Shown: positions 1 through 9,350 of the stretch, piece by piece
Position numbering within the stretch: position 1 is the stretch's first letter
How the letters are laid out: the number at the start of each line of letters is the position of its first letter
Assembly (NCBI GenBank): GCA_947449005.1
Contig: CANFPP010000009.1
Location: 796-64,795 of the forward strand
DNA length: 64,000 nt
Source of the DNA: Holosporales bacterium
GTDB taxonomy: Bacteria > Pseudomonadota > Alphaproteobacteria > Paracaedibacterales > CANFPP01
Reading direction: 5' to 3'
Translations under genes and position numbers: made by a program
The notes under the pieces: generated by a model
Told to the model about the DNA's origin: nothing
The model's database searches: none
Seen by the model: the letters and a program-made list of their open reading frames with translations, nothing else

Positions 1-28
1 ATAGGTAATAGAAGATTAATAAACTTCC

Positions 29-313
29 ATGTCATATTTTGTATATATAATGTCTAGCAATGCTAATGGAACCTTATATGTTGGTGTCACTAGTGATTTG
101 ATTCGCCGTGTATATCAGCACAAAGAAGGATTGGTAGAAGGATTTACAAAAAAATATCATGTTAAGAAATTGGTGTACTATGAAATCTATGAAGAAGTTC
201 TCTATGCTATTCAACGTGAGAAAAATCTAAAATTCTGGATTCGAAACTGGAAAATTGAATTAATCGAAAAAATGAATCCAGAATGGCGAGATTTATATGG
301 TGATTTATTCTGA
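29..313 (+). CDS. GIY-YIG nuclease family protein (small stand-alone, UPF0213-like)
   Basis: 94-aa ORF. 'YFVYIMSS..GTLYVGVTSDLIRRVYQHK' gives the GIY/YVG motifs with the conserved Arg, and 'REKNLKFW' supplies the downstream Glu/Asn. TGA stop at 311-313. Confidence 0.85.
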   Translation: MSYFVYIMSSNANGTLYVGVTSDLIRRVYQHKEGLVEGFTKKYHVKKLVYYEIYEEVLYAIQREKNLKFWIRNWKIELIEKMNPEWRDLYGDLF

Positions 314-322
314 TTTAATATG

Positions 323-470
323 CATGAGATCCTGGTGTCAGGTACCAGGATGACAGAGAGGGAATGGAGATGCCAGAGAGGGAGTGTGGAGATGCCAGAG
401 GGAATGGAGATGGCAGAGGGAATGGAGATGGCAGAGTGGGAGTGGAGATGGCAGCAGAGGAAATGGGGCT
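323..470. repeat. Non-coding mosaic repeat: conserved head (catgagatc + 7-bp-stem hairpin + gatgacagagaggga) followed by about five degenerate 18-21 nt G-rich tandem units
   Basis: Read directly from the sequence. The stem is tcctggt (330-336) / accagga (344-350). Units like ggaatggagatggcagag repeat over about 358-468. The same head recurs at 18426-18470. Track ORFs 320..547 and 364..600 are just translations of the repeat. Confidence 0.6.
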
Positions 471-503
471 CATCTATTTATATCTTTTCTGCTGTTGCTT
501 TTT

Positions 504-770
504 TTACTTCTTTTCTGCGATGTTTTCTTCTAAATCTCGGATCATGATGGCTAGTTCTTCATCTGATACGTTTTTAAAAGAAAAAGGGACGCGTTTTTGA
601 AAGCCTACAGCAGGTTTTCTGACGAATAAACCGAGTTGTTTGCCTAAAAGCTCTGTGCTTTTTAAAGCAACATTAAGATTTTTTTGCTTAAGAGCTAAGT
701 TAAACAGTAGTTCTAAATGTTGATAAATAGTTTCTGGAGTTGGAGGGATGCTTGTGTTTTTTTTGTTCAT
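504..770 (-). CDS. Small hypothetical protein (88 aa) with a weak phage terminase small-subunit-like segment
   Basis: 'ALKSTELLGKQLGLF' resembles the '..LLGKHLGMF' segment I associate with terminase small subunits. The 3-prime end runs into the tandem repeat. No other support. Confidence 0.3.
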   Translation of the reverse strand: MNKKNTSIPPTPETIYQHLELLFNLALKQKNLNVALKSTELLGKQLGLFVRKPAVGFQKRVPFSFKNVSDEELAIMIRDLEENIAEKK

Positions 771-936
771 TTAAACATGTCCTTTCTAGTTGATAATCTC
801 AGTATCATGAATAAATATGTTTATTGACTAGAGTCTAAAAGTGGCCGGTCTTTACTATTTTCTCGATTTAAGGTGTGTGCATTCTTTCTTTTGTGTTAAA
901 TCAAATGCACTGATCATGTTTTTCTAAAAGAGTATA

Positions 937-2112
937 ATGAATCCATACGACGTTATTATAATTGGTGCTGGTGCCGCAGGGTTGATGGCAGCTATTACTG
1001 CAGGCAAACGTGGAAAAAGAGTACTCCTGATTGAGCACACTCAAAAAGTCGGTGAAAAGATTAGAATTTCGGGCGGTGGGAGATGTAACTTTACGAATGT
1101 CCATGCGAAAAAAACGAACTATCTTTCGCAAAATCCGCACTTTATTACATCAGCACTGGCCAGTTACACACCGCAAGATTTTATTAGCCTGATTGAATCT
1201 CATCAAATTGCCTATCATGAGAAAACATTAGGCCAGCTCTTCTGTGATGGATCGTCTAAACAGATCATTTCAATGTTGGTTAATTTGTGCCAAAAGCACA
1301 ACGTTGAAATCAAAACAAATTGTTGTGTAGATGATATCTCTAAAAACGATCATTTTAGCCTTTCAACAAACGAGGGCGTATTCTCTGCGCATGCACTGAT
1401 TATGGCGTGTGGCGGGCTTTCGATTCCGCAAATTGGCGCGAGTGATTTTGGCTATCGTATTGCCAAAAAATTTGGTCTTTCTATCATACCAACACGTCCA
1501 GCTCTTGTTCCTTTAATTGTTGATGCCACGCAGCGCGATCTTTTTACAGAACTTAGTGGTGTGTCGAATCCCTCTATTGCGTCCTATAAAAAGACACATT
1601 TTCCTGAGAGTATTTTGTTCACACATAAAGGGCTCAGCGGGCCTGCTATTTTACAGATTTCATCTTATTTAGAAGGTTTTAATCATCAAGAAATTAGCCT
1701 TAACTTATTACCTGATATTGATCTTAAAACACAATTCATGATCGATAAAAATAGCAAAAAAACGCCTGCCAATTATCTAAAGACCTATCTGACCAATCGA
1801 TTGGTTGATCATTTGGCATCGCATCCGGATTTTAATAGAAGTATTACTGACCTTACAAAAGAGGCGCTTTTTAAAATCGCCGAAAAAATTAATAGCCTAA
1901 AGGTTGTCATTAACGGTAGTGAGGGTTATCAAAAGGCGGAGGTTACTGTGGGCGGGGTTGATACTGATGAATTGTCGTCAAAAACTATGATGTGTAAAAA
2001 AGTGCCAAATCTGTATTTTATTGGTGAAGTTGTGGATGTGACAGGATGGCTTGGAGGATATAATTTCCAATGGGCATGGTCGTCTGGATATGCGGCCGGG
2101 AATAATTGTTAG
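937..2112 (+). CDS. HI0933/YhiN (BaiN-like) family NAD(P)/FAD-dependent oxidoreductase
   Basis: Rossmann motif 'DVIIIGAGAAGLMAA', 'SGGGRCNFTN', and C-terminal 'GEVVDVTGWLGGYNFQWAWSSG' are typical of this family. 391 aa. Confidence 0.85.
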   Translation: MNPYDVIIIGAGAAGLMAAITAGKRGKRVLLIEHTQKVGEKIRISGGGRCNFTNVHAKKTNYLSQNPHFITSALASYTPQDFISLIESHQIAYHEKTLGQLFCDGSSKQIISMLVNLCQKHNVEIKTNCCVDDISKNDHFSLSTNEGVFSAHALIMACGGLSIPQIGASDFGYRIAKKFGLSIIPTRPALVPLIVDATQRDLFTELSGVSNPSIASYKKTHFPESILFTHKGLSGPAILQISSYLEGFNHQEISLNLLPDIDLKTQFMIDKNSKKTPANYLKTYLTNRLVDHLASHPDFNRSITDLTKEALFKIAEKINSLKVVINGSEGYQKAEVTVGGVDTDELSSKTMMCKKVPNLYFIGEVVDVTGWLGGYNFQWAWSSGYAAGNNC

Positions 2113-2120
2113 CCTACGCT

Positions 2121-2642
2121 TTAATCCGGTTCGTTCAAGATCATGCGTACCGTTGCCAACGTCATGAGGAGCGTCATTGACTGTAATGGCGACTCTACAA
2201 ACCCACGCGATAAGTAAAATCGTTTAGCTTGTTCCGACAATGCATGAACCATAATAGCGAATACCCCCGTATCGCTGGCAATGTGAACGGCTCGAAGCAT
2301 GGCGTCACGCAGGAGCGCGCGACCGAGGCCCTGATTGTGATAGCGCTGGTCAATCGCCAGTCTACCTAGTAGTAATACCGGCAGCGGGTTAGGCATGTTA
2401 CGTCGCATCACCTTAGGAACTGCCTCGTGGTTAATCCCGCCTGCTGATAGACTGTAATAGCCAATGACAGTGTGATCATCACAGATGACAAAGCAGCGTG
2501 AAGTATTAGAAGCCTGATTTTTAAGTGCTCGTTTTCTCAACCATTCGCTAAGCGATAGTTCCCCACACTCAAAACCATCAAGCAGATGCTCGACTGAGAG
2601 CGATGCTGGTGGAGATAAGTCAGGAACGATCATTTGTCCCAT
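2121..2642 (-). CDS. GNAT-family acetyltransferase toxin (TacT/KacT-like) of an RHH-GNAT toxin-antitoxin pair
   Basis: 173 aa. Acetyl-CoA motif 'IDQRYHNQGLGRALLRDA'. Overlaps the upstream DUF1778-type gene by 13 nt. Locally GC-richer than its surroundings by eye. Confidence 0.8.
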   Translation of the reverse strand: MGQMIVPDLSPPASLSVEHLLDGFECGELSLSEWLRKRALKNQASNTSRCFVICDDHTVIGYYSLSAGGINHEAVPKVMRRNMPNPLPVLLLGRLAIDQRYHNQGLGRALLRDAMLRAVHIASDTGVFAIMVHALSEQAKRFYLSRGFVESPLQSMTLLMTLATVRMILNEPD

Positions 2643-2911
2643 GGAGCTTTAGTCTTGAGCAGTCGGCGTAGCTTGTCAGTCGGTGGCAACGGTTGATCCA
2701 TCATCGCCAGGAACTTGACAAAAGTGCTAGCGTTAACTGTGAAAAACGTTTGATCTAGCAATACATCTTCTGCCTCACGGCAAGCAGCTTCAAGCATGAA
2801 ATCTGACCGGCTACGGCCGAGTCGTTGAGCAGCTTGGTCAATCAGATCACGTTGTCGCACCTTGGCGCGAATATTAATGGACACGGCTTCTTTTGTTTGC
2901 ACATATGCCAT
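2630..2911 (-). CDS. DUF1778/TacA-like ribbon-helix-helix antitoxin
   Basis: 93 aa. 'SINIRAKVRQRDLIDQAAQRLGRSRSDFMLEAA' is RHH-like. Sits upstream of and overlapping the GNAT toxin gene. Confidence 0.8.
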   Translation of the reverse strand: MAYVQTKEAVSINIRAKVRQRDLIDQAAQRLGRSRSDFMLEAACREAEDVLLDQTFFTVNASTFVKFLAMMDQPLPPTDKLRRLLKTKAPWDK

Positions 2912-3096
2912 AGTAGGGTCTCCTTATATAGTTTAGTGTACATAATTGTATAGAAGAATGCAATACAAATCTTGTGTGGTTGAATACTTCCTGTCAGTGA
3001 TGCACAGCTTGACATATTTCTTTTGAACAATCATATTATGGGCACGATTTATGAGGGAATTTTTTCCCGTAACCGAGAGAAATAAACTTCATTTAC

Positions 3097-4965
3097 TTGG
3101 CTTCTTTACTCTTAATTTTTTTCATAGCTATTCCTACAATCGCTGTCGCTTCAACACAGACGTTGCCTGCTGTTGTTGTGTCTGCTTCGCGTCATATCGA
3201 GCCATCTCCTTCAATAACAACGATTACTGAAGATGATATCGAAAATAATCAGTATGAAGACTTGCCCAAAGCTTTAGATGAAGCTTCTGGATTAAGTGTT
3301 GTGCAGAATGGTGGTGTTGGCAATCAGAGTTCTGTTTTTATAAGGGGCAGTAATTCTAATCACGTTCTGGTGTTGATTGACGGAATAAAGGCGAACAATC
3401 CTAGTTCTCCCAATGGAGCATTTGATTTTGGCCAATTGCGAACAGACGGAATTGAGAAAATTGAAATTTTGCGCGGTCCCCAAAGTTCACAATATGGTTC
3501 GGATGCTCTTGGCGGTGTTATAAATATTGTAACGCGCAAAGGGCAGGGGAAAACAAAAGTTTCTGGAACGCTAGAGGCAGGTTCTTTTCAAACGAATGGG
3601 CAATCTCTCAATGCTCAAGGAGAGCAGGGGCGTGCCAATTACAATGTCACAGTTTCAAGGCTGCAAACTGGTGGAACAGTTGTAACGCCTGCATTCTACC
3701 GAACAAAGCCACGGCAATTTGGCGCGGATCCTTACCAAAATGAATCAATGACATCCAGAGTTGGTGCGGATGTTAACGATCGTCTTCGAATTTCTTTATT
3801 TAACCATTATCTAAATACCAATCGTAAATATATATACATGATTGATAAAGTTAACCCTTCGTATCAACAGCATAAAAAGCAATTTTATAATCGGTTACAA
3901 GCTGATCTAAATTCTCCTGATGATTTATGGCAGCCAAGCTTTGGAGCGTCCTATACCGATATTTGGACACGTAGTGGTAATGATATTCCTTCTTATGGAA
4001 CGCCTTCTTGGAATGTGGGGAATATTGGAGGTATTGATTGGAAAAATCGTATTAATGTTAACCAAAACTATCAAATTGATGCGGGAGTGGAAAAAGAAAA
4101 ACAATCTATGCAGCAATATAATGGCAGGACTAATAACTTTATAATTGCGAAGACAAGTAGCGCTGGTGGTTTTATGGGACACCACCTCACTTTTTTTCAA
4201 AGAGTTGCTGTGGATGTGGGAGCACGATTAGATCACCATGATAATTTTAAAGATGCAGCAACCTATAGACTTTCAGTAAGCTATGATCATCTAGAAACAA
4301 AGACAAAGGTGTTTACGGCTTACGGGACGGGCTATAAAGCGCCCAGCCTCTCGCAGTTATTTGGAATTGATTCAGGTAATCCAAATCTTAAACCTGAGAA
4401 GAATAAAGCGGGTGAAGTGGGCGTTGTTCAATCTTTCCATAAAATGGAAATTGGGAGCACATATTTTTACGACAGTATTAGCAATTTAATTGAAAATATC
4501 CGAAGCCCTAGTGACCCGCAGCAATTTCTTTATACTAACATTAATCAGGCCAAAATTTGGGGTTTCGAATCGTTCGCATCCTTTAGAATTAATGCAGATA
4601 TTATGCTGAGAGTTAGTCACACGTTTACGCATGCTAAAGATCCTGTAAGCAATAAACAGCTGATGCGACGTCCCCAACATAAAATCACGGGGCAATTGGA
4701 TTATCAAATAACACCCGATTGGAAAATGGGGATGGGGGTTATTTATAATGGTAAACGAGCAGATTCTCAGTATGAATTTCCTTATAGCAGAGTATATCCT
4801 GGCGGGTATACAGTTGTTAGAGCTGTTACGAGTTACAATGTGAACAAAAGAGTTCAGTTATTTGGTAGGGTTGAAAACGCTTTGAATCGACGTTATGAAA
4901 ATCCAAAAGACTTCGAGCAGCCTGGTGTTGGTTTCTACGCTGGGATTAAAACGGTATTTTCATAA
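3097..4965 (+). CDS. TonB-dependent outer-membrane receptor
   Basis: Signal peptide, then plug motifs 'LPAVVVSASR' and 'IEILRGPQSSQYGSDALGGVINIVT', then a long beta-barrel region. TTG start as in the track (no in-frame ATG upstream). The stop overlaps the tonB-like ATG by 1 nt. Confidence 0.85.
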   Translation: MASLLLIFFIAIPTIAVASTQTLPAVVVSASRHIEPSPSITTITEDDIENNQYEDLPKALDEASGLSVVQNGGVGNQSSVFIRGSNSNHVLVLIDGIKANNPSSPNGAFDFGQLRTDGIEKIEILRGPQSSQYGSDALGGVINIVTRKGQGKTKVSGTLEAGSFQTNGQSLNAQGEQGRANYNVTVSRLQTGGTVVTPAFYRTKPRQFGADPYQNESMTSRVGADVNDRLRISLFNHYLNTNRKYIYMIDKVNPSYQQHKKQFYNRLQADLNSPDDLWQPSFGASYTDIWTRSGNDIPSYGTPSWNVGNIGGIDWKNRINVNQNYQIDAGVEKEKQSMQQYNGRTNNFIIAKTSSAGGFMGHHLTFFQRVAVDVGARLDHHDNFKDAATYRLSVSYDHLETKTKVFTAYGTGYKAPSLSQLFGIDSGNPNLKPEKNKAGEVGVVQSFHKMEIGSTYFYDSISNLIENIRSPSDPQQFLYTNINQAKIWGFESFASFRINADIMLRVSHTFTHAKDPVSNKQLMRRPQHKITGQLDYQITPDWKMGMGVIYNGKRADSQYEFPYSRVYPGGYTVVRAVTSYNVNKRVQLFGRVENALNRRYENPKDFEQPGVGFYAGIKTVFS

Positions 4966-5498
4966 TGAACTACTATAAAGCATTTTTATTCTCACTGCTT
5001 GTGCATGGGACAAGTGCCTTTGGTTTGTTCATTGCGTCGAAATATTTGGGTGTGCAAACTGCATCTTTATCGCCAACAGAGCTTCAGGTGGATTTACTAG
5101 TGGAAACGCCTGTAGCCGAAAAGATTATTATCCCTGCCAAAAAGAAACCGAATAAGCCAATTGCTGTAAAAGAGGCTGCCGTGCAAGAAACGCCATCATC
5201 AACGGGAGAGGGGCAACCTTCTGCCAAGATGAGTAATATTATTGTGCCCGATCCCAGTAATCCTGCCCCAGGTTATCCAGAAGCTGCGCGGAAAAAGCAT
5301 TTAGAAGGTGAAGTGTTGATTGAGTTAACGATTAATCAGGCAGGTGAAGTGGTGGATTTGAAGCTTATGGAGACACAAGCAGATCCTATCTTATGCGAAA
5401 GGGCCATTGAGACTTTAAAGAAATGGAAATTTAAAATATCCAATCCAAGTGTAATGCCGATCAAAATACAGGTTCCGGTTAAATTTAATCTGCATTAA
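4965..5498 (+). CDS. TonB-family energy transducer (short, C-terminal TonB domain)
   Basis: N-terminal TM segment, Pro/Lys-rich linker, and C-terminal 'PGYPEAARKKHLEGEVLIELTINQAGEVVDLKL' typical of the TonB C-terminal domain. Translationally coupled to the receptor gene. Confidence 0.75.
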   Translation: MNYYKAFLFSLLVHGTSAFGLFIASKYLGVQTASLSPTELQVDLLVETPVAEKIIIPAKKKPNKPIAVKEAAVQETPSSTGEGQPSAKMSNIIVPDPSNPAPGYPEAARKKHLEGEVLIELTINQAGEVVDLKLMETQADPILCERAIETLKKWKFKISNPSVMPIKIQVPVKFNLH

Positions 5499-5699
5499 AA
5501 CACATAGGTATATATAATTTTATTAAAAAAAGAAGTGCAATAAACAATAATTTGTCTTATTATACTTAGAAGAGAGAATTTGATTTTAAGCTGACATTAT
5601 AATAATTGCTAAAATTTTATTGAAAATTTTTCTAAAATTTGTTATTTAGACCATGTCCAAAAGAATGAACCCACAATTTGAGCGGTATAAAATATACTG

Positions 5700-6503
5700 A
5701 TGAATCTACCAAACAATATAAATTATCTTGCAAGCCAGCTGTCAAAGGCACTGGATGCAGATGCTTTAGATATTTTCTTTCAGCCCAAAATTTCCCTTAC
5801 AACTGGTGTTGTTATCGGTGCTGAGGTATTGCTTCGGGTTCCGAACGATGAGCTTGAACATATTTCTACAGATATGTGGATCAAGGCTGCAACAGATCAA
5901 GGATTAATGGGAGATTTAACGAACTGGTTGGTTAAGAAAGTCATTAATCAAATCAAAAAATGGCCAAATCCTAAGGTCCCTTTATCTATTAATGTTCCGC
6001 CAACAATATTTGATCATGAGTTTTCCGACTTTGTACTTAAGTCTTTAAAGCAAGCAGGTGTTTCTAATTCATTGCTTGAAATCGAAATTATAGAGGCTAA
6101 TCGCCCACCAAATCTAAAGATCTTATCAGAGTCTGTTCAGTACCTTCGTAGCAAGGGCGTTAAAGTTTCAATTGATGATTTTGGATCTGGATATGCAACG
6201 ATGCAGTATTTGGTTGGAATTCCCGTTGATACAGTCAAAATTGATAAAAGCTTTATACAGCAAGCGCCACATTCTTCTGCAGCCTATATGGTTCTTCGAT
6301 CTCTCATTGAACTTGCGAAAGAAATGGAGATCTATGTGATTTGTGAGGGGGCTGAAACTCTTGAGCAGCTGAAAATATTGCTCAAGATGAAATGTGACGC
6401 CATTCAAGGTTTTATTGTGAGTAAACCCATGGCGAGTGAAGATGCTATTGCTTGGTTTGCTGCTAACCCAATTATCGATTTTAAAAAAATGGTTGAAATT
6501 TAG
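5700..6503 (+). CDS. Stand-alone EAL-domain protein (putative c-di-GMP phosphodiesterase)
   Basis: Motifs 'FFQPKISL..GAEVLLR', 'EIEIIE', 'DDFGSGYATMQYL', 'KIDKSFI', 'ICEGAETLEQ', 'QGF'. Confidence 0.85.
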   Translation: MNLPNNINYLASQLSKALDADALDIFFQPKISLTTGVVIGAEVLLRVPNDELEHISTDMWIKAATDQGLMGDLTNWLVKKVINQIKKWPNPKVPLSINVPPTIFDHEFSDFVLKSLKQAGVSNSLLEIEIIEANRPPNLKILSESVQYLRSKGVKVSIDDFGSGYATMQYLVGIPVDTVKIDKSFIQQAPHSSAAYMVLRSLIELAKEMEIYVICEGAETLEQLKILLKMKCDAIQGFIVSKPMASEDAIAWFAANPIIDFKKMVEI

Positions 6504-6552
6504 GGACTTTTGTTCTTAAGATCCCAAAATTATCTCCTTCATAAATATTGTC

Positions 6553-9162
6553 ATGAATAAAAATCTTGATGCGACCGTGAGCCCTATGATGGTTCAATAT
6601 TGGCAGATTAAAAATCAGCATAATGATTGTTTGCTATTCTTCCGTATGGGCGATTTTTATGAACTGTTTTTTGATGACGCTGTTATTGCCGCAAAAGATT
6701 TAGAAATCACCCTTACGCGGCGCGGGCAACACAAAGGGGAAGAGATTCCGATGTGTGGTGTGCCTGTACATTCTCATGAAATTTATTTATCTAGACTTAT
6801 CCAAAAAGGTCACAAAGTTGCAGTTTGTGAACAATTAGAGAGTCCGGAAGCTGCTAAAAAACGAGGAAGTAAGGCGCCGCTAGAGCGGGGCGTTATTCGA
6901 ATTATAACCCCGGGAACGATTACAGAAGAGGGACTTTTGCCTTCGAATAGGTATAATTTCCTAGTCGCCCTTTCTCCTATTTCGAAGAGTAACATGATTG
7001 GCATCGCGACGATTGATATCTCGACGGGCGCATTTTTTGTTGAAGAAAATAATCTGGAGCGGCTGGCGTCAACATTAACACGGCTCAATCCGGCAGAGAT
7101 TATTTTGCCTGACGCGCTGTTGCAAGATCCTATTATCTATCAAAGTTTGGATGCTTGGAAAAAACAATTTAGCCCATTGCCACTGGCGAGGTTTGATTTT
7201 CAGAATGGTAAGGCACGCCTTGAAAAACTCTTTCATGTAAAAACACTGGAAGCATTTGGGTTTTTTTCAGAAATAGAGACTAGGGCAGCTGGTGTTTTGG
7301 TTGACTATATCGAAATAACACAAAAGCAAGTTTGCTCATTTTTGGATTATCCGCGCCAAATTAATGCGAACTCGTTAATGGTGATTGACCCAACAACAAA
7401 GCGAAGTTTAGAGATTGATTCGACGCTGAATAGTGGAAATCATCAAGATAATCTTTTTAATACGATAAATCTCACGGTAACGGCGAGCGGGGCGCGTTTG
7501 TTGGCGTATCGATTGTCGGCGCCGCTGATTAATCCAGCACAGATTAACAAGCGACTTGATCAGGTTTCTTTTTTTATTGAGCATCCAGATGTTCTGACGA
7601 CTATACGTGGTTTTTTGAAGGTATGCCCTGACTTAGAGCGATCGTTGTCGCGTTTATGTCTTGGTCGCGGAACGCCGCGAGATCTGGCTGCTATTGGTTC
7701 AGGATTGAATCAGACACATAAGATTAAGGCTTGCTTAGAAGGGTATTCAAGCCCAATTGTTTCTACGTTTGTTGATGGTTTTCATGATTACACAGTTCTC
7801 GTTGAAACTTTATCTGCAGCTTTGGCTGAGAGTTTGCCTGCGAATACGAAAGAGGGCGGGTATATTGCAGCGAACTATAACCAAGAATTAGATGAGCAAC
7901 GGGAACTGAGAGATAATGGCCGTGCGATCATTCTCGATCTGCAGCAGAAATACAGTGCAGAAACCGGAATCAACACTTTAAAAATCCGCCATAATAACGT
8001 GTTGGGTTATCATATCGATATTAACCCGAATCATGCTTCTAAAATGGGTGAAGGGTTTATTCATCGCCAAAGTTTAGCCTCCAGCATGCGCTATACGACA
8101 ACGGAATTGGCTGAGCTGGAAAAGAAAATCGATGGAGCAACCTTTAGGGCGCTCAACATCGAAATGGAGCTTTTCTTAAGTTTAGTGGAGAAAGTGCAAC
8201 AGCAACGTGTGGAAATTCAGCAAACAAGTCGAGGGCTTGCTAAACTGGACGTTGCTGCGGCCTTAGCGCAACTAGCACGCACATATAATTATTCTAGGCC
8301 AATTGTTGATAACAGTCTTATCTTTTCCATCAATAAGGGGCGGCATCCGGTTGTAGATATTTTGCTTAAAACCCGGAATGATGTGTCTTTCGTGCCGAAC
8401 AATTGCTTGATGGATGATGAGACAAAGCTGTTGCTGTTAACGGGGCCGAATATGGCGGGTAAAAGTACGTACCTGCGTCAGAATGCATTGATAGCAATTT
8501 TAGCGCAGATGGGGTCGTACGTTCCGGCGGAGTCGGCTCATATTGGAATTGTGGATCGAATCTTTAGCCGTGTTGGGGCGGCGGATGACTTAGCATCGGG
8601 CCGGTCAACCTTTATGGTTGAGATGGTGGAAACGGCGGCAATCCTTCATCAGGCGACGGAAAGATCCTTTGTTATTTTAGATGAGATTGGACGTGGGACC
8701 GCGACGTATGATGGCCTGTCAATTGCGTGGGCGGTTATCGAAGCGCTTTGCCACAAGAACAAAAGCCGAACTTTGTTTGCAACGCATTATCATGAACTAA
8801 CACACTTAGCGCAGAGTTTATCGATGCTGTCATGTCTGACAATGAAGATCAAAGAGTGGAATAATGATGTTATTTTCTTGCATCAAGTAGCGCCAGGGCA
8901 GGCGGATAAATCGTATGGGATTCATGTGGCAGCGTTAGCGGGCTTGCCAAAATCTGTAATAGAGCGAGCAAGTCATATCTTAGTGGGGCTGGAGAGTAAG
9001 AAAAAGGTTGAAATTCCAAAACAACAATTACCACTTCCGATTAACTCTCGGCCTGTTGCTCCTCCTTCAAAGGTCGAAGAGCTGCTAAAATCTATCGATG
9101 TTGATCAGCTAACGCCACGTCAGGCGCTGGATCAAATGTATTACCTGAAGGGGTTGATTTAG
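6553..9162 (+). CDS. mutS: DNA mismatch repair protein MutS
   Basis: 'FFRMGDFYELFFDDA', Walker A 'TGPNMAGKSTYLRQ', 'ILDEIGRGTATYDG', 'FATHYHELT'. 869 aa. Confidence 0.96.
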   Translation: MNKNLDATVSPMMVQYWQIKNQHNDCLLFFRMGDFYELFFDDAVIAAKDLEITLTRRGQHKGEEIPMCGVPVHSHEIYLSRLIQKGHKVAVCEQLESPEAAKKRGSKAPLERGVIRIITPGTITEEGLLPSNRYNFLVALSPISKSNMIGIATIDISTGAFFVEENNLERLASTLTRLNPAEIILPDALLQDPIIYQSLDAWKKQFSPLPLARFDFQNGKARLEKLFHVKTLEAFGFFSEIETRAAGVLVDYIEITQKQVCSFLDYPRQINANSLMVIDPTTKRSLEIDSTLNSGNHQDNLFNTINLTVTASGARLLAYRLSAPLINPAQINKRLDQVSFFIEHPDVLTTIRGFLKVCPDLERSLSRLCLGRGTPRDLAAIGSGLNQTHKIKACLEGYSSPIVSTFVDGFHDYTVLVETLSAALAESLPANTKEGGYIAANYNQELDEQRELRDNGRAIILDLQQKYSAETGINTLKIRHNNVLGYHIDINPNHASKMGEGFIHRQSLASSMRYTTTELAELEKKIDGATFRALNIEMELFLSLVEKVQQQRVEIQQTSRGLAKLDVAAALAQLARTYNYSRPIVDNSLIFSINKGRHPVVDILLKTRNDVSFVPNNCLMDDETKLLLLTGPNMAGKSTYLRQNALIAILAQMGSYVPAESAHIGIVDRIFSRVGAADDLASGRSTFMVEMVETAAILHQATERSFVILDEIGRGTATYDGLSIAWAVIEALCHKNKSRTLFATHYHELTHLAQSLSMLSCLTMKIKEWNNDVIFLHQVAPGQADKSYGIHVAALAGLPKSVIERASHILVGLESKKKVEIPKQQLPLPINSRPVAPPSKVEELLKSIDVDQLTPRQALDQMYYLKGLI

Positions 9163-9350
9163 GGGAGAGGCTATGTTTCTTAGCTTTTTCTTTCTTGCAA
9201 GCCGTTTAAATTGCCTTCTTTTACCATAAAACCCTGAAGTGTCTATATTGTCTGTTGTGCGGAGTGTTTAGTGTAATAGACTATTTGATTAGTAATTATT
9301 TTTTATGCCGAGTATACTTCGTTTTTTTTTATTAAGCAGAGTGAACACTG

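Noticed and set aside
320-600. ORFs 320..547 and 364..600 with 'MEMAEGMEMAEWEW..' style peptides
   Set aside because: They are translations of the G-rich tandem repeat in two frames and overlap each other. They are low-complexity and not credible genes.
2912-3096. Possible cobalamin or other riboswitch upstream of the TonB-dependent receptor
   Set aside because: I could recognise no B12-box-like element or other conserved riboswitch core in the 185-nt leader. An Infernal scan would be needed to exclude it.
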